This document shows, piece after piece, positions 13,988 through 27,800 of a stretch of DNA of 64,000 nucleotides. Location: the NCBI GenBank assembly GCA_964016885.1, contig OZ024740.1:190526001-190590000 (forward strand). The letters run 5' to 3'. A program made the translations under genes and the position numbers. The DNA comes from Eledone cirrhosa (Eukaryota). The notes under the pieces are model-generated. The model saw nothing but the letters and a program-made list of their open reading frames with translations. It did not search any database and had not been told where the DNA came from. Each line of letters starts with the position of its first letter. The first letter of the stretch is position 1.

Positions 13988-16900
13988 ATGTCTTATGATA
14001 AAATATCATACCGGATCGGTCGTCAACCGGGTAAAAAGGGCCGCGTCCCTCAGAGAGGAACCAGACTGGGGTCGAAAAATCAGCTAATGATTCAAACCTT
14101 CCCATCACTTCGGAGCTGGAGACCTCCCATAACCGGAATACTCTTACTGTTGGCCCTCCATGCTCACCACCAAGAAATCCAAAGAAAAAGAGAGAAAAAT
14201 GGTCAAGGGAAGATAATAAAGAAGTCTTTGAAGCTTTCTACACTACCATGTACTACCCATCAAATACATCGAATACAGAACAGACATATATCAACTAGAA
14301 AAAGAAACATCCCGAAAATAGAGGCTATATTGACAGTAACAAACTAGCCAATATACGAAGAATTATTGTAAAAAAAAAGTTACTAACTGATATAGAAATT
14401 GATCAGATCAAGCCATTAGCACAAAGTCAGCGAAGGGAAAATGAAACATGTGTCAGTGAAAACGAGGTAAATTGTAACACTTCGAATCCCAGGGTTGGGG
14501 CGGAATCACTGGCAACAGAACAAATTAAAGAAAGGATCGAAAAAGTGGAGGGAGTGCATGCTCAAGAGGAAACCCAAATGAAAATAATGAGATCGTAAAT
14601 GGTAAAGAAATGAATGAGAATGAACTTGCCAACTTGAAGGATGAAATTATGATCGAATGGATGAAAATAAAAGAATCTGACATGGGGCAACGAGACACCC
14701 TCCCTAAGATCCAGAACTCCAAACAGAACCAAAAGATAATACACAAGACTAACATAATTCTCAAAAACATTATCATCACAAACAAACTAAACATTACTGA
14801 TTTAAATCATCTCTATTATGCATCAGCTAAAGTCACCACTCACTTATGTGGAGTGAAGATGAAATAACAAAGGAATTCCCACAAGAAATCTACTTGGCAT
14901 GAGAACATCAATCGCCAAATAAACCTTCTCCATAGAAATGTTAACAAACTATAAAGTAGTTGAACATGTTAAACAAACTAAACTTAGACAATTTAAAAGA
15001 AAATACAGTATAAAATCAACAAGTGACATAGACATGCTGATAGAAATAATCAAGCAAAAGGTGTCAGCCAAAGCTGCTCGTATAAGGCGCTTTGAAAAAC
15101 GATCTAGATTCTAAAAGGACAATAATATGTTCAAAAACAACCAAAGAAAATTCTACAGAAAAATTGGTAAGACAACAATAACTGCTAAATCAATACCACC
15201 CAAGGAGGAAGTGCAAGATTTCTGGGAAAAGATCTGGGCCGAAGAAAAAGTTCATAACATACATGCCCCATGGATAGACAGACAAATGAAAGATACAGCT
15301 CACCTCGAAGAACAAATATGGGAAAATATAACAGTTGAACAGTTGCGCTTGGCTCTAAGAAAAACCACCAAATGGAAATCCCCAGGAAAAGACAAAATAC
15401 AAAATGTTTGGATAAATGCCTTCACAGAGTCTCATGAGCTGTTAGCCCAACTTCATAGTTAAGGAGCCAGAAAAGATACCATCATGGCTAGTTAACGGCA
15501 TTACATTCCTGCTTCCGAAGAACGATGAGACAAACAATCCCCAAAATAACTTGCTTGACCACAATGTATAAAATGTTGACATCAGTCCTAACTGAATATA
15601 CATATGACCACCTGATAACAAATGACCTATTTCCATTGAGCAGTAAGGGTGTAAACGAGGATCATATGGCTGTAAGGATCAGCTTCTGGTTAACAAAATG
15701 ATACTGGAAGATTGTCATAATAGACACAAAAATCTATAAATTGCTTGGATAGATTATAAAAAAGAAATCGATAGTTTGCCACGCAGCTGGATTGAAAAAT
15801 GTTTAGAGATTTTCAAAATATCCCCCGTTGTCAGGAGTTTTTTGTCATTCAGTATGAAGACATGGAAAACGACACTCCTTTTGAATAGTGAAAAAATAAT
15901 CACTGGAAGCTGGAGAAGTTAATATTAATTGTGGAATTGTTCAGGGTGACTCTTTATCACCGCTTTTATTCTGCATCGCACTTATACCATTAAGTAAAAT
16001 GCTCAATGAAACAAAACATGTATATAAAGTCTATGACAAAACCATTAATCACTTGTTCTACATGGATGACCTGAAACTATTTGCAAAAAATGATGAACAA
16101 TTGCAAGGGCTATTATCGACTGTGGAGCAGTTCAGTGATGACATTAAAATGGAGTTTGGACTGGATAAATGCGCCAAGGCAACGTTCACCAGAGGAAAGC
16201 TGCTGAAAAGTTCAGACATTAATCTTGATCGAGGGAATGTGATAAGAGAACTTGATCAAGAGGAAACTTACAAATATCTAGGTGTTTGTGAAGGAGACGG
16301 AATCAAGCACTCGACAATGAGGGAAAGGATAAGGAAGGAATGTTACCTCAGAGTAAGAGAAATCTTAAGAACGGAATTGAATGCAAGGAATAGGATCGAT
16401 GCCATAAACACGCTTGCCATACTAGTAGTAACCTACAGTTACAATGTCATCAACTGGTCAAGCATAGAGATCCGTAGGCTCGATACAAAAATTCGAAAAT
16501 TCTTAACCATGCACATAATGCATCACCCTAAGACAGATACAGATAGAATATATCTCCCTAGGAAAGAAGGAGGACGTGGGTTAATCCAGTTAGACATTGC
16601 GTTGAAAACTGCAACAATTGGATTATCTACATATCTAAGGGAATAACATGATTGGATGATCAAACTCGTTTTGAAACACGAAAGCATCAAAAGATAATAC
16701 TCCATTACAAAAGATGCACAAAGATACAGTAATGGACTACAAATTTCAGAGGTCACATTTACTGCTGAAATGGAAAACACTGAAAAAGCAAAGCAGGTAA
16801 AAGTAACAGCAAAGAAAGAACTGCTACAGAAACTGCCTAAGAAATGGCAAGAAAAGCCTCTGTATGGAAAATACCCACAACGAGCTAACAATCCTGATGT

Positions 16901-17607
16901 TGACAAAACTTTAACCCATCAGTGGTTGGCATCCTCTGGACTGAAATCAGAGACTGAGGGACTGATTATATCAGCACAAGATCAGTGTCTGCCAACAAAA
17001 AATTACCAAGCCAACATAATAAAAAATGGATGCAGCCCATTATGCCGTGTATGTAAAAAACAACTAGAGACCATTGACCATATGATTTCAATGCGCAGTC
17101 CTATATCTCCAACCGAATACCTAAACAGGCATGACAGAGCTGCACAATACATACATTGGATAATGTGTAAGCATTTTAACTTGCCCCATCAAAAGAATTG
17201 GTGGGAGCATCAACCACCTCCCATACTTGAAAAAGATCACATCTCAATCTTGTGGAACTTTAGCATCCAAACAGATCGAAAAATAGATGCAAATAGACCT
17301 GATATAATATTGAAGGACTTTAAAAAGAGGGTATGCATGCTAATTGATATGTCCGCTCCAATAGACAAGAATGTATCTATAAAAACATTTGAAAATTGAG
17401 CAAGTATAAGGACCTGGAGATAGAAATTGGAAAAATGTGGAAATTGAGAACTAAAACAATACCAGTGGTTGTAGGCGCTCTAGGAATGATACCTAAGGGG
17501 TCTAATGATTACTTATCGCAAATCCCAGGAAACCCGCGTATAGGAGAAATATAAAAGATAGTACTAATGGGAACTGCCCATATACTAAGGAAGATTCTGT
17601 CAATATA
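13988..17607 (+). pseudogene. R4/Dong RT-CCHC-RLE polyprotein (disrupted)
   Basis: ORFs 15127-15462, 15999-16646 and 16770-17399 carry RT and endonuclease motifs in order. Confidence 0.9.
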
Positions 17608-17747
17608 AGTACATCACAAGTCTAAACACTAAAGATGCATGTGTGAGTATGTATGTTCTTTCTTGAACATGGCGGACTTTGTTGTCTCTTGAGGTCAATG
17701 GTTGTGACTTGGTGATAAATCGTATGAACATAAAGCAAGATAAATGC

Positions 17748-17781
17748 ATAATAATAATAATAATAATAATCATAATAATAA
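17748..17781. repeat. (AAT)n microsatellite
   Basis: Dong/Tx1 tail-to-tail junction. Confidence 0.95.
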
Positions 17782-20700
17782 CGATTTCATTTGTTAGCCA
17801 CAAGGGCCGAGATGTAGGGGACAATACAAAGACAGGGACAGTGGGGGTTTACAATAAGGTCGAGTAAAAGTGCACAACGGCAAGACTAATTTAACAATGA
17901 AGATATAAAAAAATATAAAATAAACTATGCATAAATATAACAAAATAAATTCCCCTATAGGGGGTGGCGACTTAGGTGTCACCCAGGTGCCCCACCAATC
18001 CTGAACCACCCTGACGCATGGTCAGAGTAGGCCCATTCACACCGCCCATTCTCGCTACTTTCATCCACATTTTAGCAAATATCCTGGGGGGCAGCATTTC
18101 TCCATCCACCCTCACCTTCCTTTCCAGGTGAAACTTGCAGAAGATGATGAGGGATTAGCTGAAGAGAAACGTGTCTGTCTTCAGTCTTTTAATCTGCTCC
18201 ACCATATAGCCTCTTTCGCAACGGCCACCAGACAGAGAAAAAATGCCTGCTCTTCGTGACCTAAGGAAGTCGGCGGGTCTTTCTTCACTATGGACTCGGC
18301 GGATAGCCGGATCAGTTCCACACGCGAAAGTTGCTGTCCGACATAACTCCACAAGTCAGTAATGCACGCACATTGGGCATGTGCGTGCAGAACGGTTTCG
18401 TCGTGCTGTGCGCATCTTGGGCAGGTCCGTCTGACAGCACTTACGTGCCTGTAGAGTTTATCCCGAACCGGCAGTGCCCCCCGGTAGCACTGCTAAGCGA
18501 GGGATTTCTGGAAATTGTCCATCGGCCCCGGCTCGAAAGTCCTCCGGTACAGACTGGTCAGTTCGACTTCGAATCCCAAAGCTTCGCACTTGCCCACCAC
18601 TAATCCTCTATAGAACTCCTAGTGGAAGTTCCACTGATCGCATTGCACTCTTGGTGGAAGGCAGCGAGTGCCTGGCAACATTCCAGGTGCCAGTCACGCA
18701 GTCTCGGTCTCTTCTTTACCCAGGACTGCAGCTCAGTCAAAGAAATGAGTTGTGGAAATGCCCGTCTGATAAACGACGACCACACCTGTGAACCGTTTAG
18801 GCAGAATATCTGAAAATTTCGCAGTCTCAGCGCCTGTCTGCGCATCATTAGCCACGGCATGCGCAGCCCTCAGCATAGAGAGTGCTGGCAGCAGATGGAC
18901 CGCCTCACCAACGAAACTTCTCCCTTCCACAAAATTTGAATAGGAGCCGTTCCAAATTGACGAGGCGCTGACCGGGGCAAGGTGCGACGGTCAGGCGGTA
19001 GTAGATGACGTATGCGATGTACGCATTCGCCACCTCCGCGCGACCTTTTAGTTGTAGCTTCTCCCAACCCATTTTTGGGTGAGACTGGCTTCTCTGCTCG
19101 TTAGCTCGTCACAATATATTTCCACCTGGAGGTCTGGTCCGAAGATAACCCCGACAACTTTACCGGTCCGTCCGTCCAGCGCCTCACCACGCTGTTGGAC
19201 GGCATAGGCTTGCCTCTCCAAGTTCCGATCTGCAAGCCCACCGACTTTTTCGGGTTAAGTTTGGCCCCTGTCAACCTTTCATATTCCTTCAATAAGGTGA
19301 CGACCACCTCGATATCTGAGGTGTCCGACACCATCAGGGTGATGTCGTCCACATAACCCGACACCGCCTGTCCACGTTCCGGTTCGAGTGGGATGCCTTG
19401 TAACAGCTCCAGCTTCCGCAGTAAGGGCTCGAGAGTCAAAAGTACAGAATGGAAGAGAGAGGGCACCCTTGTCGGACCGATCGGGAGAGCCGAAATGGTT
19501 CCGAGAGGTGGCCATTAACCTTGGCCACCTAGCGTGTGTCACTGTTCATTGCAACGATCTAGCTTCTGAAGACAGGGCCGAAGCCAGCTGCTTTGGGGAT
19601 AAACTCCAGATACCGATGGTCGACCCTATCGATTGCTTTCGATTTATCTAAATTGATCAGTTACCACCGAAGCCAAGTTTACCCCCAACCCTCTCTATGA
19701 TGTATCGCGTGAGGTTGAGATTGTCGTGTATGGACCTGGTTGGGATTCCACAAGTTTGCACCTCCCAAACCAAATCCTCCAGGACAAGCGCCAATCTCTT
19801 TTCTAACACCTTGGCCAAAATCTTAAACACTGTGTTGAACATAGTTATGGTCCTGAAGTTGTCTAATGTATCCCTTTTGTACTCGTCTTTCCTTATCAGC
19901 GTCACCACTGCCCTGCTCACAGGACTGGGAATACTCCTATTATGCTGCCAGTTGCAGTAGAGTGCTTCGAGGATTTCGGAGAACAAGTCTGGCATATTTA
20001 TGTAAAGCTCATAGGACAGGCCTTCCAAACCGGGTGACTTGCGCCTGATGCAGCCGACAAGGGCGTCCTGAATTTCGGTTTAAGTAATCCGCATTTAGCA
20101 GCGCTCAGCGTCGACCGTCGAGATGCGCAGCGAGCCCTCAAGGTAGTGACTGAAATCCGCTACTCTCTCTGATTCGCCACTCTCCCCGAACAACCGAGCA
20201 AAGTGCTGGCGAAGGACCTCACACAACCGCTTGGAATCGCTTATCTCGTATCCGGGCCTATCGAACAGATTTGGTTATCTCGTTTCTCAGCGTACGCTAC
20301 TCAGCTCTGACACTGCAACCTTCGTGTTTCGCATATAAGAAATGGTCTAATGCCATTCTCGCCGCTAGCACGTCAGTTGCAATGCCACTACAAATAGCCT
20401 CGTCTAACTAATCTACCAGCTCCCGTCCTCTCTATGTTTCTCTAACGCTAGTTCTTTGCTGAACTCTATCGAAGTTACTATAATCTCTCTTTCGAGAGCC
20501 ACACACCATCTGTTGTTGATGATCCCCCTGTCAACATTTGCTTAACTAAATTGTTGACTCGGTCCCTGTAATCCATACGTGCCGGAAATGACATGTTCAG
20601 ATTCCAGTAACCCGGTCCCAACCTACGCGTTTTATCTATGTCGACTAAACAGATCACAAATGTGTGATCTGAATAGGTGACCGTTTTAAAAATTGTGCAG

Positions 20701-23462
20701 CCTACACTATTTCTATCCATTTTCCTAATGAAGATTCTAGATGACCCTATGCGGATGGTCCACGTCCACACTGGCACATTGGGGAAATCTAGTCGATACC
20801 TGTCAGACAGTTGGAACAGGCTGATTAAGTGTTTGAGGCTTTTGCACACCCCGCTCCTATCAGCTTCTCCCACACAATCACATCGCGCGTCTAAGATGAC
20901 GTTCCAGTCCCCCGCTAACAGTAGAGGGCGAGACGTACCCAGAAAGAACTCTAGGCGCCTAAAGAAGTCCGGTCGTCCGGCCCCAGTTGGGGCGTAGACG
21001 GCCAGCAGTCTAAAGGCACCACCTTCGCAACTGCTCACATCCAGGTACCGTCCGGGTCCCGAAAGAATGACCTTACCTCGAGATCCAGACTTTTCCTAAA
21101 CAGTACCGCCACCCCACCTCCCATTCCCGGCCTGCTAACACATGCGAAGTTCTGATAGTCGTCAAAATTGGGGGCTAGTGCGCGCGTGTCGGAAATCCTT
21201 GATTCGCTGACGGCAATCACATCCATTCCCAGAGACCTGAGGTCGTTCAGCGGGCGACCCTGCTTCCAGGGTGAGTCCAGACCACAAACACTTAAACTTA
21301 CTATTCTTAATATGGCCATAATGGCAAGCTAAAAGAGAGAGTGAAGGTTTACTTACCTCCCGGGGTCTTGGGTAAGTCGGGTGGTTCGAGCTCCATGCTT
21401 GGTGAGGTTTCTTTTGGGAACCCCTTTAAAAGTCCTGATGTGGGTTTCACGTTCGTGGTTCCCACGTCTTGAGGAAAACTCTCTCGAATTTCTTTGTAGA
21501 AATTGAGCGACATTCGCACCAGAAGCAAATCTTCTGGCACGCAAAATGTGTTCAGTTCAAAGATCTTCCCCTCTGTTTGGATGTTCTCGCTACGTGCTAA
21601 AGGGCCATTAATTCATCGTTGGCCGTCCTGACAAGCACAAAGTGTTTAATGTTTTGTTGGTGTGGTTTTATTTGTTTTCGTGTTGGTGACTGTGGTAGTG
21701 ATGGTTTTGGTGGTGCTGTTTCGGGTATGTCTGTGTTTGTTGTAGGTGTGGTGTCTGCAATTTCAGGTATTTGTTGTTTATTTCTTCTCTGTGTTTGTTT
21801 AGGTTGTTTGCATTTCGGGGATTTGTCGGGGTGGTGTTGATGTTGATTTTTGTGTTGATCTTATTGGGGAAGTGTTTGCGTTAGTGGTGTCTGTATTTTT
21901 TTGTTGTGTATGTTCTAGTGTTATGTTGTGGCTTTTTTGTGAGTTTTCTCTTTTGTTTTTTGGCACTTTTGGGTTTTCCTTCAAATTCACTGGTGAAAGA
22001 CAAAGGGTCTGTGGCTGTGAGTGCATCTGTATCTGTGTGTGCATTTATTGTTTCGTCTATATGTATAATTGGAGTTGTATGGGGTGTGGGAGAGCTTTCC
22101 CCGTTTTCCCCTTGGATTGGTTTCAGTGCTGATGGTGGTCCGACTGTTCTTGATGTTGGTGGTGTTTATGTTGGTGGTGGTACAGCTTTTCGTGCTGACA
22201 CTGGTGTTGGCAACAAAGGAGGTTTGAGACTCCCCGCATTTTTGAGCTGAGGGCAGAATGCTTACAGATGAAGCAGTGCGGCCTTCAACCCTCACCGATT
22301 ATGTTGTTCGTATCCTCTGGTTTCATTTGGAGAGAATTCTCTAAAACCATTGCGGACCAATCTTCTCTCTCTGTCCTTTTGATATCCAGGAGGGTAGTGT
22401 CTGCCCCATCCTCGATTACGCTTCGCACGAGCCACCATATATTCATTCCTGGTGGGATCCTGGGAATGCGGATCTTTACTATTCTTTTTTCCATGTAGGA
22501 CGGGTGCATGATAATGTGTTCCGTGATGCAGGGGGTTACCGAGTGCTGAATAGCAAGGTCCTGGGTTTTGAAAAGTAACGAATGGTACCGAACTGATTGG
22601 CCCTTGTACTCTATGTCACCTCCGATGCACTTCAAAGCAGCCTCGACCTCTGCTTAGCTGGAAAGTTCCACTTTGCGTGTCTGCACTGAAATGCATCGAA
22701 TGTACACCGTCCTCCTTTGCATGGCCGCTATTGCCATGTCCGGGATGGTTAGGTTTGCCCAGGACTTCTCCCGTTTAATTAACCTCCACGTCTGGGCCAA
22801 CTGTTCGTCTTTATCGCTAATATCAACATTCAATAAGCGCTTTGTTTCGCTGCTGCCGCTGCAAAGGTGTGTGCCTCTGTTGCTCTTGTTGTTGGTGTTG
22901 TCGTTCTTGCTGTTGTTGTTGATGTTGTTGTTTTGTTGTTGCTGTTGCCACCGTCAACCGTATTTACATTGAGGCTGTCGGTGTTATTTTCGTTGTTGTT
23001 CGGATCTGTTGTTGTTGTGGTGGTGGTGGTGGCGGTGATAATGTTGTTTTGCGATGATACTGTAACTATCACCGAAGCGAGCGGTTGTGGTGGTACCTTT
23101 TGTGTTTTGCCTTCACATTCAGTGGAATGGACGACAAACATGTCTGTAGCAGTAGTAGTTGTGGTGAGATCTACAGTGGCTGCTTTTGAACTTTTGACCT
23201 GAACGTTGTTTACCGATTCAAGATCGAACATTTCCATTTTTTTTTGTTGGTGGGGAGCGATTTTTTCGAAGTTTTTTAAAATAAATCTGAATATTCGCGC
23301 TTAAAGTCCGAATATTGAGAGGTCTCCCTTCCTTTGGAACCAAGATGGGTCTCTTATGCTTCGTTAACGACAAGAAAATACAAAAAACTGATACTTTAAA
23401 ACAGCTTAACGTTACGAACCTTTTACCCCGCCGATTTGTACGTCTTCATACATGTGTGTCAA
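17782..23462 (-). mobile_element. Tx1-clade LINE copy 4, near full length, decayed
   Basis: ORF1 remnants 21349-23237. ORF2 starts at 21319 (MAILRIVSLSVCGL; LAVYAP, AGDWN, YSDH, GPGYW, GYVDD). (ATT)n tail. Confidence 0.92.
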
Positions 23463-23700
23463 CTAATGATAATGATAATAATAATAATAGTAATAATTGT
23501 TTCTACTATTGGCACACGGCCAGGAAGTACCCAATGCATTACTGGTACTTTATTCTATCGACCCCGGAAGGATGAAAAGCAAATTTAACCTCGGCGGGAT
23601 TTGAAATCAGATCATACTCATAATAATAATAATAATAATAATTGTTTCTACTTTAGGCACAAGGCCAGCAAATACCCAGTGCATTACTGGTACTTTATTT

Positions 23701-23736
<36 letters not shown>
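23463..23736 (-). mobile_element. Two MetaSINE-like SINE 3' fragments (23496-23612, 23641-23701) embedded in (AAT)n
   Basis: Reverse complement of gcttttcatccttccggggtcgatagaataaagtacc..ggccgtgtgcc..gtagaaacaatt, matching the SINE at 38613-38802. Confidence 0.8.
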
Positions 23737-23737
<1 letters not shown>

Positions 23738-24847
23738 CTGAACAGAAAGAAATGGATAGTAAGACAAGGAAGCTATTGACTATCTACAACATGTTCCACA
23801 AGAGGAGTGATGTCGATAGACTCTACTTAAGGAGATCTGAGTGTGGAAGAGGTCTTATCAGCATAGAGGACTGTGTTCAGATGGAGAAAAACAATCTACA
23901 CAAAAACGTGACAGATAGTAAGGAGCCAATTCTCAGAACTGTACTGAAGGAGGGGACAATAGGCTAGGGGATGTCCAAGGGGGAAATAACATCAAGGAGA
24001 AAGAGCAGCCTTCAGGAAAAATCACTTCATAGTACCTTCTTTGAGAAAACTGAATTTAGAGATCCACAGACATGGAACTGGTTGAAAAGAGGAGACCTTA
24101 AAAAGGCTACAGAACGAATGTTAATGGCTGCGCAGGAGCAGGCCCTCAAAACGAAGTGGTTGAAACACCATATTTACAAAGAGGAGGCTAGCCCACTGTG
24201 CAGGATCTGTGGAGAGAGAGAGGAGACTGTGGCTTACATTGTATCCGAGTGTAAACACCTAGCCCAGACCCACTATAAGGGTTGGAGACATGATGTGGTG
24301 GGCAGGGTGATCCACTTGCACCTATGCAAAGTAAACAAGTTACCATATTCTGAGAAATGGTATGAGCATAAGCCAGAGGCGGTGATAGAAAACGGTCAGG
24401 TGAAGGTGCTGTGGGATTTTAGGATACAGACGGACAGGAAACTGAAACACAATAGACCTGACCTGGTGGTTGTCGACAAAGAAAAAAGATCGTTCCTGAT
24501 TGTGGATGTGGCCTGCCCATTCGACACGAGAGTGCAAGAGAAGGAGAGGGAGAAAATCACCCGATACCAGGACTTAAAGTGGGAGGTAAAAAGGATTTGG
24601 AACTGCCATGAAGTCAAAGTGATCCCGATTGTCATAGGCGCACTAGGGACTATCTCAAAATGTTTCCAGGGATGGTTAAAGAAAATTGGCCCCTTCACGC
24701 TTTTTGGACGCTTCAAAAGGCATGCTTGCTGGGAACAGCAAGAACCCTCCGATACGTCCTGAATATCTGAGGCTGCAGGTAGTGGCTTGATATTCATTTC
24801 AATACACTTTCCAGTTAACTAACATCAATGACTGAGACTCAAAGAGT
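23737..24847 (+). mobile_element. R4/Dong-clade LINE family B, 5'-truncated copy
   Basis: RLYLRRSECGRGL, CRICGEREETVAYIVSEC, RHD, LWDFRIQTD, NRPDLVVVD..VDVACP. AAT flanks. Confidence 0.92.
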
Positions 24848-24886
24848 AATAACAACAATAATACTAATAATAATAATAATAATAAT
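24848..24886. repeat. (AAT)n microsatellite
   Basis: Lies between two Dong-B copies. Confidence 0.9.
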
Positions 24887-27800
24887 GGTTATGAATGGAA
24901 GAAAACTCCCTCTGTCTACACTATATAGAACAGCCAATTAATAGCAATTTCACCAACACCACAAACTAGATACACCACCTATACCATCACTGCTCTTTGT
25001 ACACTAAATACAACAGCCATATAACGGCAATTTCACCACCACCACCACCAATCCCAGCATAATAGTTATAATTACTGTTATTATTGTCTCAAGTTTTCAC
25101 AAAATGTTTAATTCCCATATTAAGAAAAATAATGTCAACACATATATTAAACATACGCGACTAACCGCATAGATTCACCGATCAAACAAAGCTACAGTCT
25201 ATTCAACAAAACTCAGTAACGACAACGCCATCACTAAAGTCACAGCCGCCACCACTCCATCCATCATTGCTACCACTATCCCATCACCGCCGCCACCACT
25301 CCTTCATTGCTACCATCGCTATTCCCCCATCACCTTCTGTTAACTTACAAAGGGGGAAGGTGGCGGTATCATTAGACGATATTAATAAACAATATTAATA
25401 ATTAATTTTGGATCAGGAATGTTGGAGTCGAAAAGGAGAAAAATGGCAAAATGACTAAATAGCTAAATAGCTGAAGATAATTTCACCACCAACACCACCA
25501 CCACTACCACACTAAAAACTCTGGTCAAGTTGCCTCAACCTCTCAACCTCTATTCCTACTTCAACTTCAACACCATCACTACAGTACTACGATCACATCA
25601 CCACCACCACTGCCTCATTATTGCTACCACCGCTATTCTCTCCCACTACCTCCTGCTAGGTACTACTAGCACAGCACCACCACCACCACCACCACCACCA
25701 CCACTGCCTAATTATCACTACCGCCGCTATTCTCTCGCACTACCCCCTGCAACATCGTAGTGTCCCCACTAAAAGAGGAAGGCATCAAAATATATAAATA
25801 GACTGAATTGATGACCCGGTCAAAATCAAAACACCCAAATCAGAATCAAAGCAGCACAGCAACAACGAAAAACGTAAAGAAAAGAAAAATGAAGAGACGA
25901 ACAAATAGACGGACAGAGAAGGGAAGGGAAAAACTAAGTCAGACATTCAAACACTAGCTTACAATGGAAATTATGCGTATTCATTTTTTTTTTTGGAGGG
26001 GGGGTTGACTGTTTGTTTATTTGTTTATTTATGTTCGTCTACAGCGTGATATTGCCACACAAAAATCACCGGGAGTGACGAAATCACCGGAGGTGATGAA
26101 ATCACCGGTGGTTATGTAAGCATACATTCGCCAATCCTCGATAAGAGTGTTTAAATGTCGAACATAAACAGTTCGAATAACGGTGAAGTGGAGACTAGAA
26201 TGTCATGTGACCGACTCTCACCCAACAGGTGCTCCCTGGCTCAGCAGCAAGGACCTGGCTGTCAACCAATTACTGCTGGTGTCGGAGGAAGAAGAAGAAG
26301 GAAAGGGACCAGAACCAACTGGATGAAAGAATTGAATAGAACTGTTATTCAATGTTACCTGAAGAGTAACCCCGAGGAGAAAGGCTATAGGAAACGGATG
26401 GATAACATCTGGAACGAGATTGGTCTATTTACGTCAGATGAACAAAAATTGGTCAGGCAGGCTCGGGTAATAAGAACTAATGGGTGGATAAGCGAGCTGG
26501 AACTGGAGGAAATGAGCAGAGAGATTAGCTTGGAAATGGAGAGTGGAGTATGCCAGGCAAACGAGCCAGTGGGAAATGAAGGTGACGAGCTCGAGAGAAC
26601 TGTCGAACCATTCGAAGCAGACAATGATCTGAATGCTGAAATAAATAATACCTGTAACAGAGATACGGACACTGAGGAGATGAATGCTGACGGGCTAGGA
26701 AAAATTTGGTTGATATCCTAAACTTAGTTGTAGATGAATTGAACAATGATAGTGGGAAACCTATGAACCTCAGATTTGTAGACAGGAAAAAGTTAAAAGA
26801 AATAACAGCTGAGGTAAACAAAGTCATCCCATACCTTGAGGCGAGGAGCCTTCACGAATGCAACAATATCCTCAAAGCAACAGCAAATACGGTGAGGAAA
26901 TTACTTGGTATAAAAGCTAGAGGAAACAACAAACAAGAAAGATCAGAGCCTTGGTGGAAGAAACGACTGAGTGGTCACATTAGGGAAATGAGAAATGACA
27001 TTGGAAAGCTTGAGTCCCTACTGAATGGGACACTAAAAAACATAGACACTAAAATAGACTGGAAATAAAGTACAAAACTAGGAGGAAAAAGCTAAATATT
27101 ACCATAGAGGAACTGAAGCAACGCATTGTAGCAAAGTGTGCAAAAATCAGGCGATACGGGAACAGAGTCAGTCAATATAGACAGAACCGCATGTTTGACA
27201 ACAACCAGAAGATGCTGTTTGGACAACTTGAAGGGAAAGAAAGAGGCAACGATTTGATCCCTGAGGCGGAACAAACTAAAACATTCTGGAGAGGAATATG
27301 GGAGCAGGATGTTAAACATAATGACCAGGCAGTGTGGATTGAGACAGTACAGAAGGAGATTAGTGAACAGGCACACCAACAAACTGATTTGAGTATCACA
27401 GTTGAAACTCTTAAGGAGCAGGCCAAAAAACTAACCAACTGGAAATCACCAGGCCCAGATGGTGTGCAGGGGTATTAGATTAAAAATATAACATCACTCC
27501 ACCCGAAACTGACAACCATGTTCAATGACTGCTTGATGTCAAGTGAGGTACCACAGTGGTTGACAAAAGGTACCACAGTTCTGATAATTAAAGACCAAAT
27601 CAAGGGTAATGATGTTACCAACTATAAACCTATCACATGTCTGTTCGTAATGTGGAAACTGTTGACAAGCATTGTCTGAGGAAATCTTCCATCACCTCCA
27701 CACAAACAACTTGTTACCGGACGAACAGAAAGGATGCCGAAAGAAGTCCCGTGGTACAAAGAACCAGTTACTTATTGATAATATGGTAATGAGGAATTGC

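Larger units (their letters stand above)
12821..17747 (+). mobile_element. R4/Dong-clade LINE family A, apparently full length, decayed
   Basis: About 1.15-kb 5'UTR, then one broken ORF from 13988: WKSPGKD, QGDSLSPLLF, HLFYMDDLKLF, YKYLG, CCHC finger, RPD..D RLE. Flanked by AAT. Confidence 0.92.
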
